This document shows, one piece after another, positions 1 to 10,329 of a stretch of DNA of 64,000 nucleotides. The stretch spans positions 14,833 to 78,832 of the forward strand of contig CAUJGQ010000128.1 of the NCBI GenBank assembly GCA_963170165.1, written 5' to 3'. How positions within the stretch are numbered: the stretch's first letter is position 1; each line of letters opens with the position of its first letter. Below the pieces are notes generated by a model, which was not told where the DNA came from, made no database searches, and was given only the letters and a program-made list of their open reading frames with translations. Position numbers and translations under genes: made by a program. This DNA is from Chloroflexota bacterium. GTDB lineage: Bacteria; Chloroflexota; Dehalococcoidia; CAUJGQ01.

Positions 1-218
1 ATTCATCACGATATCGCTTTGTTTGTGACGAAACGAACGAAGCACGTGTTACTCGAAGTAGTACTTCCAATAGTCGGCTGGCCAAAAAGGTAGCGCAGCC
101 CTAGGCAGTGCGCAAGCACGGAGCGGCAGCGCGTAGCCGGCTGGATGGCCGCCGTGTGTGGCGCCTCTGCTACGATGGCCGCAGCCGTGCCCCAGCTCTT
201 GTCTTCGAGGCATCTGCC

Positions 219-554
219 ATGTTGCTGGCACAACTGCTCGCCGGTATCTTGCTGATCCCGTATGGCTTTCGCTCGCTGCAACGGGGCAGTGATGGCATGA
301 ATGCCGGAGTGCATGGCTCGGGTGAGGGGGCGCTGATGGCGCTCGCGGGGATGGCAATGATCCTGTCTGGCCTGGCGATGTTGATGGGCGCCGTGGCTGG
401 AGGGGTGCTCGCTATCATTGCGCTGCTGGCCATTACCGTGGTCTGGGCGCGTCAGCGCCGCCGTGCCAGTGGCGGCGTTCGGCCGCGGGAACTCGCCCTG
501 CGAATGGGTATCTTCTGCGCGATCACACTGCTTATCTTTGCCGCTTGGCGGTGA
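219..554 (+). CDS. Small hypothetical membrane protein (3-4 TM, DoxX-like possible)
   Basis: Hydrophobic helices (LLAQLLAGILLIPYG; GALMALAGMAMILSGLAMLMG; ALRMGIFCAITLLIFAAWR); ATG at 219 preferred over the ORF-track start at 108. Confidence 0.55.
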   Translation: MLLAQLLAGILLIPYGFRSLQRGSDGMNAGVHGSGEGALMALAGMAMILSGLAMLMGAVAGGVLAIIALLAITVVWARQRRRASGGVRPRELALRMGIFCAITLLIFAAWR

Positions 555-558
555 CGGG

Positions 559-1668
559 CTACGGGAAGAAGAAGAAGGCCAGCCCGATGATCAGATAGAC
601 CCCCAGCAGCTGGACGCCTTCGAACCAGTTGGACTCGCCGTCCAAGGCGATCAGCGCCGTCAGCACCACTGCCAGCGCAACGGTGGCGATCTCCAGTTGG
701 GTGAAGACCAGGTCCATCGGCGTGCCGACGACGTGGCTGATCAGCACCAACACCGGCGCCACAAACAGCGCAATCTGCAGTGATGAGCCGACCGATACTA
801 CCAGCGAGAAGTCCATCTTGTTGCGCATTGCCAGCTGCACACCGACCAGGTGCTCGGCAATATTGCCCACCAGCGGCACCAGGATCACGCCGGCGAAGAC
901 GTGACTGACGCCCCAGCCGTCAATGGTTGGTTCCAGCGCGTGCACCAGTACTTCGCTCACCCAGGCGGTGGCGCCGGCCGTGACCAGCAGCACCAGGCCG
1001 GACTTGAGCGGACTCCAGCCGGCGTGCGGCGCGGCCTGCACCGCTTCGCCGCCGGCTTCGGCCGGATGGCGCAGGAAGAACACCAGGCTGAGGGCGTAGA
1101 TGACCATCAGGATGATGGCGACACCGTCGCTCAGGTGGCGGACTTCATCACCGTGCTGGTCACCGATGGACTGGCCGAACACCGCCGGCACAAACAGGGC
1201 GATTACGGCGATGAACAACATCGTGGAGTTGACGCCGGCGATGGAGCGCGAGAACTGCTGGGTGCCGTGCTTGAGGCCGCCGGCCAAGACGCTGGCGCCG
1301 AACACCAGCAGCAGATTGCCGAGAATCGCGCCGGTGATCGACGCCTTGACGACATCAACCAGACCGGCGCGCAAGGCGAAAAAGGTGATGATCAGTTCGG
1401 CCGCGTTACCGAAGGTGGCGTTGAGCACGCCGCCAACCCGCGGTCCGAGCGATGCGCCCAGCTCTTCCGTCGCGATACCGATCAGCCAGGCCAGCGCTAC
1501 CAGGGCCAGGCCAGAGAGCACGAACACTAACGTGTGGCCGGCGCCCGCCAAGCTGAGCCCAACACTCGTGGCCGACAGGGTCGCCGCCGCTCCATAGCCA
1601 ACGGTCCGCCGCGAGAACTGCCCGCCGCCGGTCCCGCCGTGGCGCGCCGCCGCTCCTGTCTCAACCAT
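559..1668 (-). CDS. cax: Ca2+/H+ antiporter (CaCA family, Cax/ChaA type)
   Basis: Alpha-repeat motifs NATFGNAAE and GNIAEH, many TM helices, C-terminal DGESNWFEGVQLL; start at 1668 after a G-rich RBS. Confidence 0.93.
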   Translation of the reverse strand: MVETGAAARHGGTGGGQFSRRTVGYGAAATLSATSVGLSLAGAGHTLVFVLSGLALVALAWLIGIATEELGASLGPRVGGVLNATFGNAAELIITFFALRAGLVDVVKASITGAILGNLLLVFGASVLAGGLKHGTQQFSRSIAGVNSTMLFIAVIALFVPAVFGQSIGDQHGDEVRHLSDGVAIILMVIYALSLVFFLRHPAEAGGEAVQAAPHAGWSPLKSGLVLLVTAGATAWVSEVLVHALEPTIDGWGVSHVFAGVILVPLVGNIAEHLVGVQLAMRNKMDFSLVVSVGSSLQIALFVAPVLVLISHVVGTPMDLVFTQLEIATVALAVVLTALIALDGESNWFEGVQLLGVYLIIGLAFFFFP

Positions 1669-1737
1669 CTCGCCCCCCTGCAACCGGCGGCCGTCACGGC
1701 ACCGGCCTTATTACCCGCGGTGCTCCGCCGCGCGCCT

Positions 1738-2082
1738 TCAGCCTTCCAGATCCATCCGCACGATCACGGCAGCGACCGCGATGATCGCCGGGTCCCCGGT
1801 GATCGGCTCGACCGCCAGCCCGCCGACCTCGCAGTGGACCGCCACCCGCCCAACCGGCAGCGTGGCAGCGACGGCGTCAACATCCACCGCTTCGGGATGA
1901 GGCACACCGATGCGCACCTCGACCTCGACCCGGCGGCGGCGGTCTCGACTGAGCGTCCGCAGAAACAGCAGGCTGACGCGGCTGACCGCGTCCTGAACGG
2001 CACGGCAGGCGGCCTTGGTGGCGTCGCCGCCGTGCAGGTCGGCGCCCATGCCGGTCTCCAGCAGCATTTCCCCACCCGACAT
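1738..2082 (-). CDS. Lin0512 family protein (function unknown)
   Basis: ETGMGADLHGGDATKAACRAVQDAV signature; GGAGGT RBS. Confidence 0.85.
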   Translation of the reverse strand: MSGGEMLLETGMGADLHGGDATKAACRAVQDAVSRVSLLFLRTLSRDRRRRVEVEVRIGVPHPEAVDVDAVAATLPVGRVAVHCEVGGLAVEPITGDPAIIAVAAVIVRMDLEG

Positions 2083-2221
2083 CGCCCACCTCCGCCCGCA
2101 CTTCCCGTCACATTCGGCATGGATGACCGCAATGTCAAGACGCGGTGTTCATGGCAGCGCCCGGGTCTGCGACGATGGGATCACCGGCTGCCCGACGGCA
2201 GCAAGGACGGAGTGACGGCCG

Positions 2222-2566
2222 ATGTTCTACATGGTGCGTGCCGAGCCTCAGGCGGCAGAGACGCTGCCCAACACCGCCGGCGAGGGTGAGCGCGGGCTGC
2301 AGCTTGGTGACCGTGTGCTGCTGTTTGAGCTGCGAGGCGAGGGATCGGCTGTCCGAGGCGCCTTCTTCGCCTGGGGTGCGGTTGACCGCGTAGGCGCTGG
2401 CGCCGAAGGGCAGCCGGTGGCGCACCTGCGTCCGGCGGTGACCTTCAAGCGACGGGTGGCATTTGGTGACCTACGCTCGGATCCACGGCGCGGCCGTGAG
2501 GGGGTGGTGCTGCCGATCACGGCCGAGCTGTTCAACCAGGTAATTGCCCGCTCGCATCGGGGGTAG
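2222..2566 (+). CDS. Hypothetical protein, EVE/PUA-like fold possible
   Basis: GDRVLLFE...FFAWGAV...VAFGDL...VLPITAELFNQVI pattern resembles EVE domains; GGAG RBS. Confidence 0.5.
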   Translation: MFYMVRAEPQAAETLPNTAGEGERGLQLGDRVLLFELRGEGSAVRGAFFAWGAVDRVGAGAEGQPVAHLRPAVTFKRRVAFGDLRSDPRRGREGVVLPITAELFNQVIARSHRG

Positions 2567-3890
2567 CAGCTGTGCTGGAGCGGTAGGCGAGATCGAGCAG
2601 GTCCATCACGTGCATGACCCGCGCCGTGCCGCCTTGGCTGCGCACCCCGGCTTCCAGCTGGATCATGCAGCCGGGGTTCGCCGTCACGACAATATCCGGC
2701 GCGACTTCGGCCACCTCGTCCATCTTGCCTGCGAGGATCTGGCCGGACAGTTGTGGCTGGGTGATGTTGTAGATGCCGGCGCTGCCACAGCAGCGATCGG
2801 GGTGTGCCATCTCCACCAGCTCCACCCCCGGGATTGCCTGGATCAGCTGCCGGGGCGGTTCGGTGATGCGTTGGGCATGCGCCAGGTGGCACGAGTCCTG
2901 GTAGGTGACACGGGCACGGACCGTCCCTAACGGCATTGAGTGCCGCTGCTGCACCACGAACTCGCTGGCGTCCTTGACCATGCCAGCGAAGCGCTTGGCC
3001 TTGTCGTGATAGTCGGGGTCGCGAGCGAGCAGGTGGTCATATTCCTTGAGCGCCGAGCCGCAACCGGCGGCGTTGACAACAATGGCGTCGATATCGAGCG
3101 CCAAGAACGTATCGATGTTGCGCCGGGCCTGAGCACGCGCTCCCTCCTGGTCACCCGCGTGCAGCATGAGCGCACCGCAGCACGTCTGTGCCGGCGGCGC
3201 GAGTACGTCGCAGCCGGAGCGCTGCAGCACCCGTACTGTTGCACGATGGGTGTCCGCGTGCGTGAACGGCATAATGCAGCCGCTGAACAGAGCCACCTGA
3301 CCGGCACGCTCGCCGGTGGCAGCCCAGGGCTCCGGACGGTTCGCGAACGACCTCGCCGAGATGGGAGGGGCCAGTTCCTCCAGCTCACGCAGCCGGGCGG
3401 GGAGCCGCTCGCCAAGCGCTCTGGTGTGCACCAGCCGCTGCAGCCCTACGCGCTGGTACAGCCGCAGCAGGCCGGCGACGGCTTGCAGCCGCTTCCGGTA
3501 TGGGAGTAACCCGCGCAGGACGGCCGACCGCAGCACACGCCGCCGCGCCGGCTCGAGCCCGCGTGCGAGTATCTCTGCCCGGGCCCCTTCCATGAGCCGG
3601 CCGAAGGGTACACCGGAAGGACAGACCGCCTCGCAGTTGCGGCATTGCAGGCAGCGCTCAAGGTGCGGCAACGCCGCTTCGGTCAGGTCGATGCGGCCCT
3701 CGGCGACGGCGCGCAACAGGTAGATGCGCCCGCGGGGCGACTCAGGCTCCAGCCCGGTTGCTACGAAGGTTGGGCAGTTCATCAGGCACAGCCCGCAGTG
3801 CACGCAGCGGCTCAGATCATCCATCGTGGGGGCGTCCGGGCTGCGAAACGCCGTGACTTTGCCGGGCAACAGGGGCAGTTCAGCCGTCAT
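2532..3890 (-). CDS. glcF: Glycolate oxidase iron-sulfur subunit GlcF
   Basis: Two CxxCxxCxxxCP clusters (CVHCGLCLMNCP, CLQCRNCEAVCP) plus CCG domains (TCCGAL, YQDSCHL, RCCGSAG); operon with glcE and glcD. Confidence 0.9.
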   Translation of the reverse strand: MTAELPLLPGKVTAFRSPDAPTMDDLSRCVHCGLCLMNCPTFVATGLEPESPRGRIYLLRAVAEGRIDLTEAALPHLERCLQCRNCEAVCPSGVPFGRLMEGARAEILARGLEPARRRVLRSAVLRGLLPYRKRLQAVAGLLRLYQRVGLQRLVHTRALGERLPARLRELEELAPPISARSFANRPEPWAATGERAGQVALFSGCIMPFTHADTHRATVRVLQRSGCDVLAPPAQTCCGALMLHAGDQEGARAQARRNIDTFLALDIDAIVVNAAGCGSALKEYDHLLARDPDYHDKAKRFAGMVKDASEFVVQQRHSMPLGTVRARVTYQDSCHLAHAQRITEPPRQLIQAIPGVELVEMAHPDRCCGSAGIYNITQPQLSGQILAGKMDEVAEVAPDIVVTANPGCMIQLEAGVRSQGGTARVMHVMDLLDLAYRSSTAATPDASGQLPG

Positions 3891-3899
3891 TGCTGTCTC

Positions 3900-5222
3900 T
3901 CAATGCTCATGTTCCCCCGGCGCGCGCCCCGGACTGAGCAGGCCCGCCGGATCATACACCTGCTTGACCTGCTGCATGATCGCGACATCGCCACCGTTGA
4001 TCCCCCAGGTATCGAGGCCATCTTTGACGGCCGCGGCAGCATGGGCAATGGCTACCGAGCCGCCCAACGCCGCCACGGCCGCCCGCACCCGCACGATGAC
4101 GCGCCGCGCCGCGGCCGGCTCGATGTCGCTCCACCGGGCAAGGAGCATCCCCGCGCCCGCCCGTGCCACCAGGGCCGGCAGCGGCGCATCCTGCAGAGCG
4201 GCGGTCGCAAGCACTGCCTCAGCTAGTCGCGAGGGCAACGTGACGACGCGCAATAGCAGGGCGTCCGGCGCTGCCGGATAGCCGAAGTCGCGCAGCATTC
4301 CCCGCACGCCGGCTGCTTCCTGACCGCGGACGGCGACCGTCCGTTCCGCGCCACACCGGGAGGCGACCGCGCGCAGTTCGCCCCGCAGTCGCTCCACCAT
4401 CGCCGGTGTACCGCCGTTTTCGATACACAGCCACCAGACATCAGCCGGTGGCACGGCAGTCGCGGCCAGCGTTGCAGGACCGGCGAGGTCGAGCGATAGG
4501 GGCTGCAGCGGACTGCCGGCGATCTCCATCGCCGCCCTGTGCGCTGCCTTGGCAGTGGGGAAGGCGAGTAAGGCGAGTTCCGTCACTGGCGGCGCCGGCC
4601 ACAGCCGGAAAGACGCCTGCGTGATCACCGCCAGTGTCCCCGCCGAGCCGACCCAGAGCTTGTTGAGGTCGTACCCCGCGACGTTTTTTGCCACCCGACC
4701 GCCGGAGTGAACGCAGGTTCCATCCGCCAGCACGGCCGTAGAGCCGATTAGCAGGTCACGGGCGCTACCATAGCGGTGCCGGCGCGGCCCGCTCAGGCCG
4801 GAGGCCAGCGCGCCGCCGATGGTAGCCCGCTCGGGCAGCGGCGGCTCCAGCGGCAACAACTGGCCCTCAGCTTCGACAAGCTTGGCCAGCGCCGCGAGAC
4901 GTAAGCCCGCCCCGGCTGTGATCGTGCGATCGCGCGGCTGGTACTCGATCACCTGATCGAGTGCAGCCAGGTCGATGACCAGGCAAGGCGATGCCAGCCG
5001 GTTGCCGCCGTTGACAGAGGTTCCGCCGCCCCAGGGCAACACCGGCACGCCGGCCGCCGCGGCCTGCCGTACCGCCGCTATCACTCCCGCCTCGGAACGC
5101 GGCCGGACGACCGCGATTGGAGCGATGCCATCGACGATGTACCCGGCGACGTGGGCCTGGGACAGGAGGTCAAGCTCTGGGTGCGCCGCGAGGGCGGCGA
5201 GCGCGTCGGCGGTTGTCATCAT
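3900..5222 (-). CDS. glcE: Glycolate oxidase FAD-binding subunit GlcE
   Basis: FAD_binding_4 motifs PWGGGT, ATIGG, GGRVAKNVAGYDLNKL. Confidence 0.85.
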   Translation of the reverse strand: MMTTADALAALAAHPELDLLSQAHVAGYIVDGIAPIAVVRPRSEAGVIAAVRQAAAAGVPVLPWGGGTSVNGGNRLASPCLVIDLAALDQVIEYQPRDRTITAGAGLRLAALAKLVEAEGQLLPLEPPLPERATIGGALASGLSGPRRHRYGSARDLLIGSTAVLADGTCVHSGGRVAKNVAGYDLNKLWVGSAGTLAVITQASFRLWPAPPVTELALLAFPTAKAAHRAAMEIAGSPLQPLSLDLAGPATLAATAVPPADVWWLCIENGGTPAMVERLRGELRAVASRCGAERTVAVRGQEAAGVRGMLRDFGYPAAPDALLLRVVTLPSRLAEAVLATAALQDAPLPALVARAGAGMLLARWSDIEPAAARRVIVRVRAAVAALGGSVAIAHAAAAVKDGLDTWGINGGDVAIMQQVKQVYDPAGLLSPGRAPGEHEH

Positions 5223-5262
5223 CAGTCAGCGTAGCGGCCGGCCTGGGCACAGAAAAGGCCGC

Positions 5263-6711
5263 CTACACCCATGCCTCCCCACCGAGCTTGGCGGTCGCCG
5301 GGCCGCGTTGAATCTCACCGCAGCCGGCGTGCGTTGGAAACGCCTTGCATGGGTTCATGCCGTTGCCGGCGCCGAACGCGTCCTTCAGTCGCAACATGGC
5401 ATGCATGTCATCGTCGGTGAAGATCCAGGACATGTAGTCCCGCTTCTCGATGCCGATGCCGTGCTCCCCACTGATGGAGCCACCGGCATCGACACACAGC
5501 CGCATGATCTCGGCGCCTGCCGCAAGTACCCGTTCGGTGACGCCCGGCGTGCGTTCATCGAACAACACGCAGGGATGAAGGTTGCCGTCACCGGCGTGGA
5601 ACACATTCGCGACCTGCAACTGATGGCGATCGCAGATGGCATAGACTCCGGCCAGCACCTCCGGCAGCCGGCCTGGTGGCACCACCCCGTCGAGAATGTA
5701 GTAGTTGGGCTGGAGCGCGCCAAAGGCGCCGAATGCCTGCTTGCGACCCGACCACAGCCGTTCTCGCTCCCTGGGGTCATCGGCGGATCGCACGTCGCGC
5801 GCGCCGCACTCGCGCAGCACCGCGCCGATGCGTGCCACTGACTCGCGCACCGCCTCGGCCAGACCGTCGATTTCAACCAGCAACACGGCCTCGGCATCGA
5901 GCGGATAGCCACATTTCAGAATGGGCTCGACGGCTCGGATGGTGTTGCGGTCTAGCATCTCCAGCGCTCCTGGCACGATGCCGGCGCCGATCACGGCCGC
6001 AACTGCCTCCGTCGCCTGTTCGATGCTGTCGTACACCGCGAGGAATGTACGCACCGCCTCCGGCCGGCGCAGCAGGCGCACGCACACCTTCGTAACCACC
6101 GCAAGAGTGCCCTCCGAGCCCACAACGACGCCGGTCAGGTCGTATCCGCCGCGGTCAATCCCCCACCCACCGGTGCGAACGATGGCGCCGTCTGCCAGCA
6201 CTAGTTCCAGGCCGAGCACGTGGTTGGCCGTCACGCCCAGCGCGAGGCAGTGCGGGCCGCCGGCATTCTCGGCCACGTTGCCGCCGATGGTGCAGGCCTT
6301 CTGGCTGGAGGGATCGGGGGCATAGAACAGGTCATGGCGGGCGACGAGCCGGGACAGCTCGAGGTTGACCATGCCAGGTTCGACCACCGCAATGCGGTTC
6401 TCGAGATCCAGCTCGAGCAGGCGGTTCATGCGCATCATCGGCATAAGGATGCCGCCCTCGGTCGCTAGGGCGCCGCCAGAGAGCCCCGTCCCTGCCCCCC
6501 GTGGGATCAGTGGCACACCATGCTGCCGCGCCAGCCGCACGATCGCGGATACGTGCTCGGTGGTGGAGGGATAGACGACCACGCCGGGCAAACCCCGGTC
6601 GATGGTGCCGTCATACTCGAACAACAGCAGGTCTTCCGGCCGGTGGTACACGGCGCTGTCCCCGGCTATCGCCCGTAGTTCCCGGATGAGCGTTGCCGAG
6701 AGCTGGGTCAT
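5263..6711 (-). CDS. glcD: Glycolate oxidase subunit GlcD (FAD-linked oxidase)
   Basis: PRGAGTGLSGG, YAPDPSSQKACTIGGNVAENAGG, HAGDGNLHP, SISGEHGIG. Confidence 0.92.
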   Translation of the reverse strand: MTQLSATLIRELRAIAGDSAVYHRPEDLLLFEYDGTIDRGLPGVVVYPSTTEHVSAIVRLARQHGVPLIPRGAGTGLSGGALATEGGILMPMMRMNRLLELDLENRIAVVEPGMVNLELSRLVARHDLFYAPDPSSQKACTIGGNVAENAGGPHCLALGVTANHVLGLELVLADGAIVRTGGWGIDRGGYDLTGVVVGSEGTLAVVTKVCVRLLRRPEAVRTFLAVYDSIEQATEAVAAVIGAGIVPGALEMLDRNTIRAVEPILKCGYPLDAEAVLLVEIDGLAEAVRESVARIGAVLRECGARDVRSADDPRERERLWSGRKQAFGAFGALQPNYYILDGVVPPGRLPEVLAGVYAICDRHQLQVANVFHAGDGNLHPCVLFDERTPGVTERVLAAGAEIMRLCVDAGGSISGEHGIGIEKRDYMSWIFTDDDMHAMLRLKDAFGAGNGMNPCKAFPTHAGCGEIQRGPATAKLGGEAWV

Positions 6712-6817
6712 GAGCCTGCCTCCATCCACCTATCGTAGCTGGTCGCCGGCAAAGACTCTCTGCGACCGGCGTGACAGAGGACTTGATCGGGTGGGACACT
6801 CGCCCTGAGGGAGAGCC

Positions 6818-8068
6818 ATGGAACTGGCCGCGATTCAGGACGCTCAGCGCAGGTTGCATGGGTTGGTAGAGCGCACGCCGCTGCTGCACTCGCGCTACCT
6901 GAGTGACGCTGCCGGTGGCGACGTCTGGCTTAAGGCCGAGTGCCTGCAACGTACGGGATCGTTCAAGCTGCGCGGCGCCGCCAACATGATCGCTTCGCTG
7001 ACTGCGGAGGAACGCAGCCGTGGCGTGATCACCGCCAGCGCCGGCAACCACGGCCAGGGCGTGGCCGTGGCGGCGCAGATGGTGGGAGCGCCAGCCGTGG
7101 TGGTGATGCCGGAGACAGCGTCGTTTGCCAAGGTGGAGGCAGTGCGCGGGTACGGCGCCGAGGTGGTGCTGAGCGGCCTCTCGTACCACGATGCGGCCCA
7201 GACCATGCATCACCTGGCCGCCGAGCGCGAACTGACCGTGGTTCCGGCCTTCGATGACGAGCGGATCGTCGCCGGCCAGGGCACATTGGGGCTGGAACTA
7301 CTGGAGCAGGCGCCCGACATAGACCTGGTAGTGGTGCCGGTGGGTGGCGGCGGGCTGGCGGCGGGAGTCAGCGCCGCCGTGCGCGAACTGCGGCCGGCCT
7401 GTCGCGTCATCGGTGTCCAGGCGGCGGCTGCCCCCGGCGCACGCCAAGCTTGGCTTACCGGCCGAACCGCCACCTATCCCATCTCCCAGACCATCGCCGA
7501 CGGCATCGCCATCGCCCGGCCGGGTGACGTAACCATGCCACTACTCCGGAAGTACCTCGATGACATCGTCTGTGTCGACGAGGAGGCGATTACCCGGGCG
7601 ATGGTGGCGCTGCTGGAGCGAGCGCGTCTGGTGGTCGAAGGCGCCGGAGCGGTCGGGGTTGCGGCCCTGCTCCGGGGCATGGTGCCATGCCAGGGACGGC
7701 GCGTGGCGGTGATTCTGTCCGGCGGGAACATCGATATGAACCTGCTGGGCCGGGTTGTAGAACACGGCCTCGCTGGGGCGGGCCGGTACCTGGTGGTGCG
7801 GGTAGCGATCGACGACCGCCCCGGCCATCTCGCTCGCGTGCTGGCGGTCATCGCTGGCGCCGGCGCCAACGTGCTGGATGTCGACCATCGCCGCAGCGGA
7901 GCCCATTTGACCTTCGGCTTGGTTGAGGTCGAATTGTTACTGGAGACACGCAACGCCAGCCACGCGGACGCCGTTTGCGCGGCGCTGTCGGCACACGGCT
8001 ACGCCGAGCGGGCCGCGGCGGAACGGCGCGCCGGGGTGCGCCACTTTGCCGAGGCGGCAGCCAGCTGA
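6818..8068 (+). CDS. ilvA: Threonine ammonia-lyase with C-terminal ACT domain
   Basis: PLP lysine motif LQRTGSFKLRGA, SAGNHGQG, VGGGGL, SGGNID; ACT domain DDRPGHLA. Confidence 0.9.
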   Translation: MELAAIQDAQRRLHGLVERTPLLHSRYLSDAAGGDVWLKAECLQRTGSFKLRGAANMIASLTAEERSRGVITASAGNHGQGVAVAAQMVGAPAVVVMPETASFAKVEAVRGYGAEVVLSGLSYHDAAQTMHHLAAERELTVVPAFDDERIVAGQGTLGLELLEQAPDIDLVVVPVGGGGLAAGVSAAVRELRPACRVIGVQAAAAPGARQAWLTGRTATYPISQTIADGIAIARPGDVTMPLLRKYLDDIVCVDEEAITRAMVALLERARLVVEGAGAVGVAALLRGMVPCQGRRVAVILSGGNIDMNLLGRVVEHGLAGAGRYLVVRVAIDDRPGHLARVLAVIAGAGANVLDVDHRRSGAHLTFGLVEVELLLETRNASHADAVCAALSAHGYAERAAAERRAGVRHFAEAAAS

Positions 8069-8080
8069 CGCCATCGCCGG

Positions 8081-8977
8081 TCATGCTACGGCCGTGGTCA
8101 GCCACCGCGGATTACGCTTGGTACCGTCGTGCTCTTCGGTCGTCTTGTATGACTCGAACGCGCCACCGGCTGCGGCGGGCGCGGTTCGGCGGCGCAGCTC
8201 TGCCATGCTGTCGCCGGTCAGCGGTGTGTGCTCACGCCCTGCCTGGAGCGCCTGCTGCACCTGTGCTTCAGTCTCGCAGCCGGTGATCACCACGCTCACC
8301 GGCAAACTCAGTGCGTAGCGCAGGCACTCCCCGGCGGTCACCGTACCGGTCTCGAGCAACCGGCCGCCTGCCAGCGGTTTCATCGCCAGACCGCCGATGC
8401 CGCGCTGGTTGAGCAGTGGCAATACCCGGCGCTCGAAACTGTCGAAGTGATGATCAAGGCAGTTGAGCGGCATCTGCACCGTGTCCCAGGCGAACGGACG
8501 TTGCAGCATGAGCTCGTGGATGGCCGGCGACTTGTGCCCGGTGAAGCCGATATAGCGGAGCTTCCCGGCCTGTTTCGCCTCGATCAACGCCTCAATGGCG
8601 CCGCCCTCCGCAAAAATGCGCTCGGGATCCTGGGGGCGGATGATCTCATGCATCTGCACGAGGTCGATGCAATCGGTCTGCAGGCGGCGCAGACTCTGTT
8701 CCAGTTGCTCGGCGGCAGCCTGCTTTGTCTGACCATCGAGCTTGGTCATGAGGAAGGCGCGCTGCCGGTAGCCGTCGCGCAAGGCGGCGCCCATCCGCCG
8801 CTCGCTCTCGCCCTGGTGGTAGTCCCAGGAGTTGTCAAGGAAGGTGATGCCGCCGTCGACTGCGGTACGGATCATGCGGATCGATTCCGCCTCGGTTGCG
8901 CGCTTGGCGAGATGAAAGCCACCCAGGCCAACCACGCTGACCTGCTCGCCTGTCTGCCCCAGTGTCCGCATCTGCAT
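8081..8977 (-). CDS. Aldo/keto reductase
   Basis: GITFLDNSWDY, FLMTK, DCIDLVQMH, GKLRYIGFTGH, MKPLAGG. Confidence 0.9.
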   Translation of the reverse strand: MQMRTLGQTGEQVSVVGLGGFHLAKRATEAESIRMIRTAVDGGITFLDNSWDYHQGESERRMGAALRDGYRQRAFLMTKLDGQTKQAAAEQLEQSLRRLQTDCIDLVQMHEIIRPQDPERIFAEGGAIEALIEAKQAGKLRYIGFTGHKSPAIHELMLQRPFAWDTVQMPLNCLDHHFDSFERRVLPLLNQRGIGGLAMKPLAGGRLLETGTVTAGECLRYALSLPVSVVITGCETEAQVQQALQAGREHTPLTGDSMAELRRRTAPAAAGGAFESYKTTEEHDGTKRNPRWLTTAVA

Positions 8978-9076
8978 CGCCCGCTCCCCGGTCTGGATTG
9001 CTCCGGCAGCGTATCGGTGCGGCGCACCGTTGCCAGCGACCGGAGGGAGTATCAGCGATGATGCCTGGGCCGGTGC

Positions 9077-10294
9077 TCACGCCTTCTCGAGCTCGAACGC
9101 GTCATGCAGGGCGCGTACGGCCTGCGGTACCTGCGCCTGGTCGATGATGCAGGTGATCCGGATTTCGCTGGTGGTGATGAGCTGGATGTTGATGCCGGCG
9201 TCAAACAGCGCGCGGAACATGCGCGAGGCGTAGCCCGGTGTGTTCTGCATGCCGGTGCCCACGATGCTAATCTTACCCGCCTCGTCGTCCGTGACCAGGC
9301 CGGCAGCGCCGATCTCTAGAACAACTGGCTGGATAATCTCGAGCGCGGCGCGCAGGTCTTTGCGGCTGACGGTGAACGTCAGGTCGGTCAAGTTTTCCAG
9401 GCTAGCATTCTGCACGATGGTATCGACCGAAATTGCCCGGGCTGCCAGCGGCTCGAACAGGGTGGCGGCGATCCCTGGCCGGTCCGGCACTCCGCGCACC
9501 GTAATCTTGGCCACGTCAGCGTCGTGCGCAATGCCGCGGACCTTGTTCGTTGGTTCCATGGTCGTCTCCGCGTGAATCAGCGTTCCCGGCTCCTCGTTGA
9601 AACTGGACTGAACCGTGATCGGCAGGTTGTAGAGCTGCGCCAGCTCCACCGCTCGCGGGTGCAGCACTTGGGCCCCGTGGCTCGCCAGTTCCAACATCTC
9701 CTCGTAGCCGATATCCCGCAGCTTGCGTGCGGCCGGAACGATGCGCGGGTCGGCCGTGTAAATGCCCTCGACATCCTTAAGGTTCTCGCAGCGGTCAGCA
9801 CGCAGGGCGGCGGCCAGGGCGACGGCAGTCGTATCAGAGCCGCCACGGCCGAGGGTGGTGACGTCCAGCTCCTCGGTCACGCCTTGGAAGCCGGCAACAA
9901 TCACCACCCGGCCCTCGTCCAGCTCGCGATGGATGCGCTCCGGGTTGATGCGGCGGATACGCGCACGCGAGTGGGTGCTGTCGGTCTGAATCCCGGCTTG
10001 CAGCCCCGACAGGCTAATTGCGTCGAGCCCCAGATGTCGCAGCGCCATCGCGACCAGCGTGCTCGAGACGATCTCACCGGTTGACAGCAGCACGTCAAGC
10101 TCGCGTGCAGATGGCCGGTCGGTAATCTGGTTGGCCAGGGCGATCAGGTCGTCGGTAGTGTCGCCCATGGCTGAGACGACGGCGACCATCTGGTTTCCGG
10201 CGTGTTGCAGCCGGGCAATGCGCTCCGCAACGTTGCGGATGCGTTCGGCGTCAGCCACCGAGGTGCCGCCATACTTCTGGACGATGAGGGCCAT
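9077..10294 (-). CDS. lysC: Aspartate kinase
   Basis: LIVQKYGGTS, TTLGRGGSDTTAV, DVEGIYTADPRIV, two ACT domains, ITTSEIRI. Confidence 0.96.
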   Translation of the reverse strand: MALIVQKYGGTSVADAERIRNVAERIARLQHAGNQMVAVVSAMGDTTDDLIALANQITDRPSARELDVLLSTGEIVSSTLVAMALRHLGLDAISLSGLQAGIQTDSTHSRARIRRINPERIHRELDEGRVVIVAGFQGVTEELDVTTLGRGGSDTTAVALAAALRADRCENLKDVEGIYTADPRIVPAARKLRDIGYEEMLELASHGAQVLHPRAVELAQLYNLPITVQSSFNEEPGTLIHAETTMEPTNKVRGIAHDADVAKITVRGVPDRPGIAATLFEPLAARAISVDTIVQNASLENLTDLTFTVSRKDLRAALEIIQPVVLEIGAAGLVTDDEAGKISIVGTGMQNTPGYASRMFRALFDAGINIQLITTSEIRITCIIDQAQVPQAVRALHDAFELEKA

Positions 10295-10329
10295 ACGCTG
10301 CATTCCTTCGTTCGGCCTGGGACGGGCGG

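Noticed and set aside
850-1530. Many long antisense or alternate-frame ORFs (e.g. 850-1530, 8228-9061, 13980-14837, 30650-31642, 41422-42225, 62562-63548)
   Set aside because: They shadow well-supported genes. Long shadow ORFs are expected at high GC, and these show no motifs.
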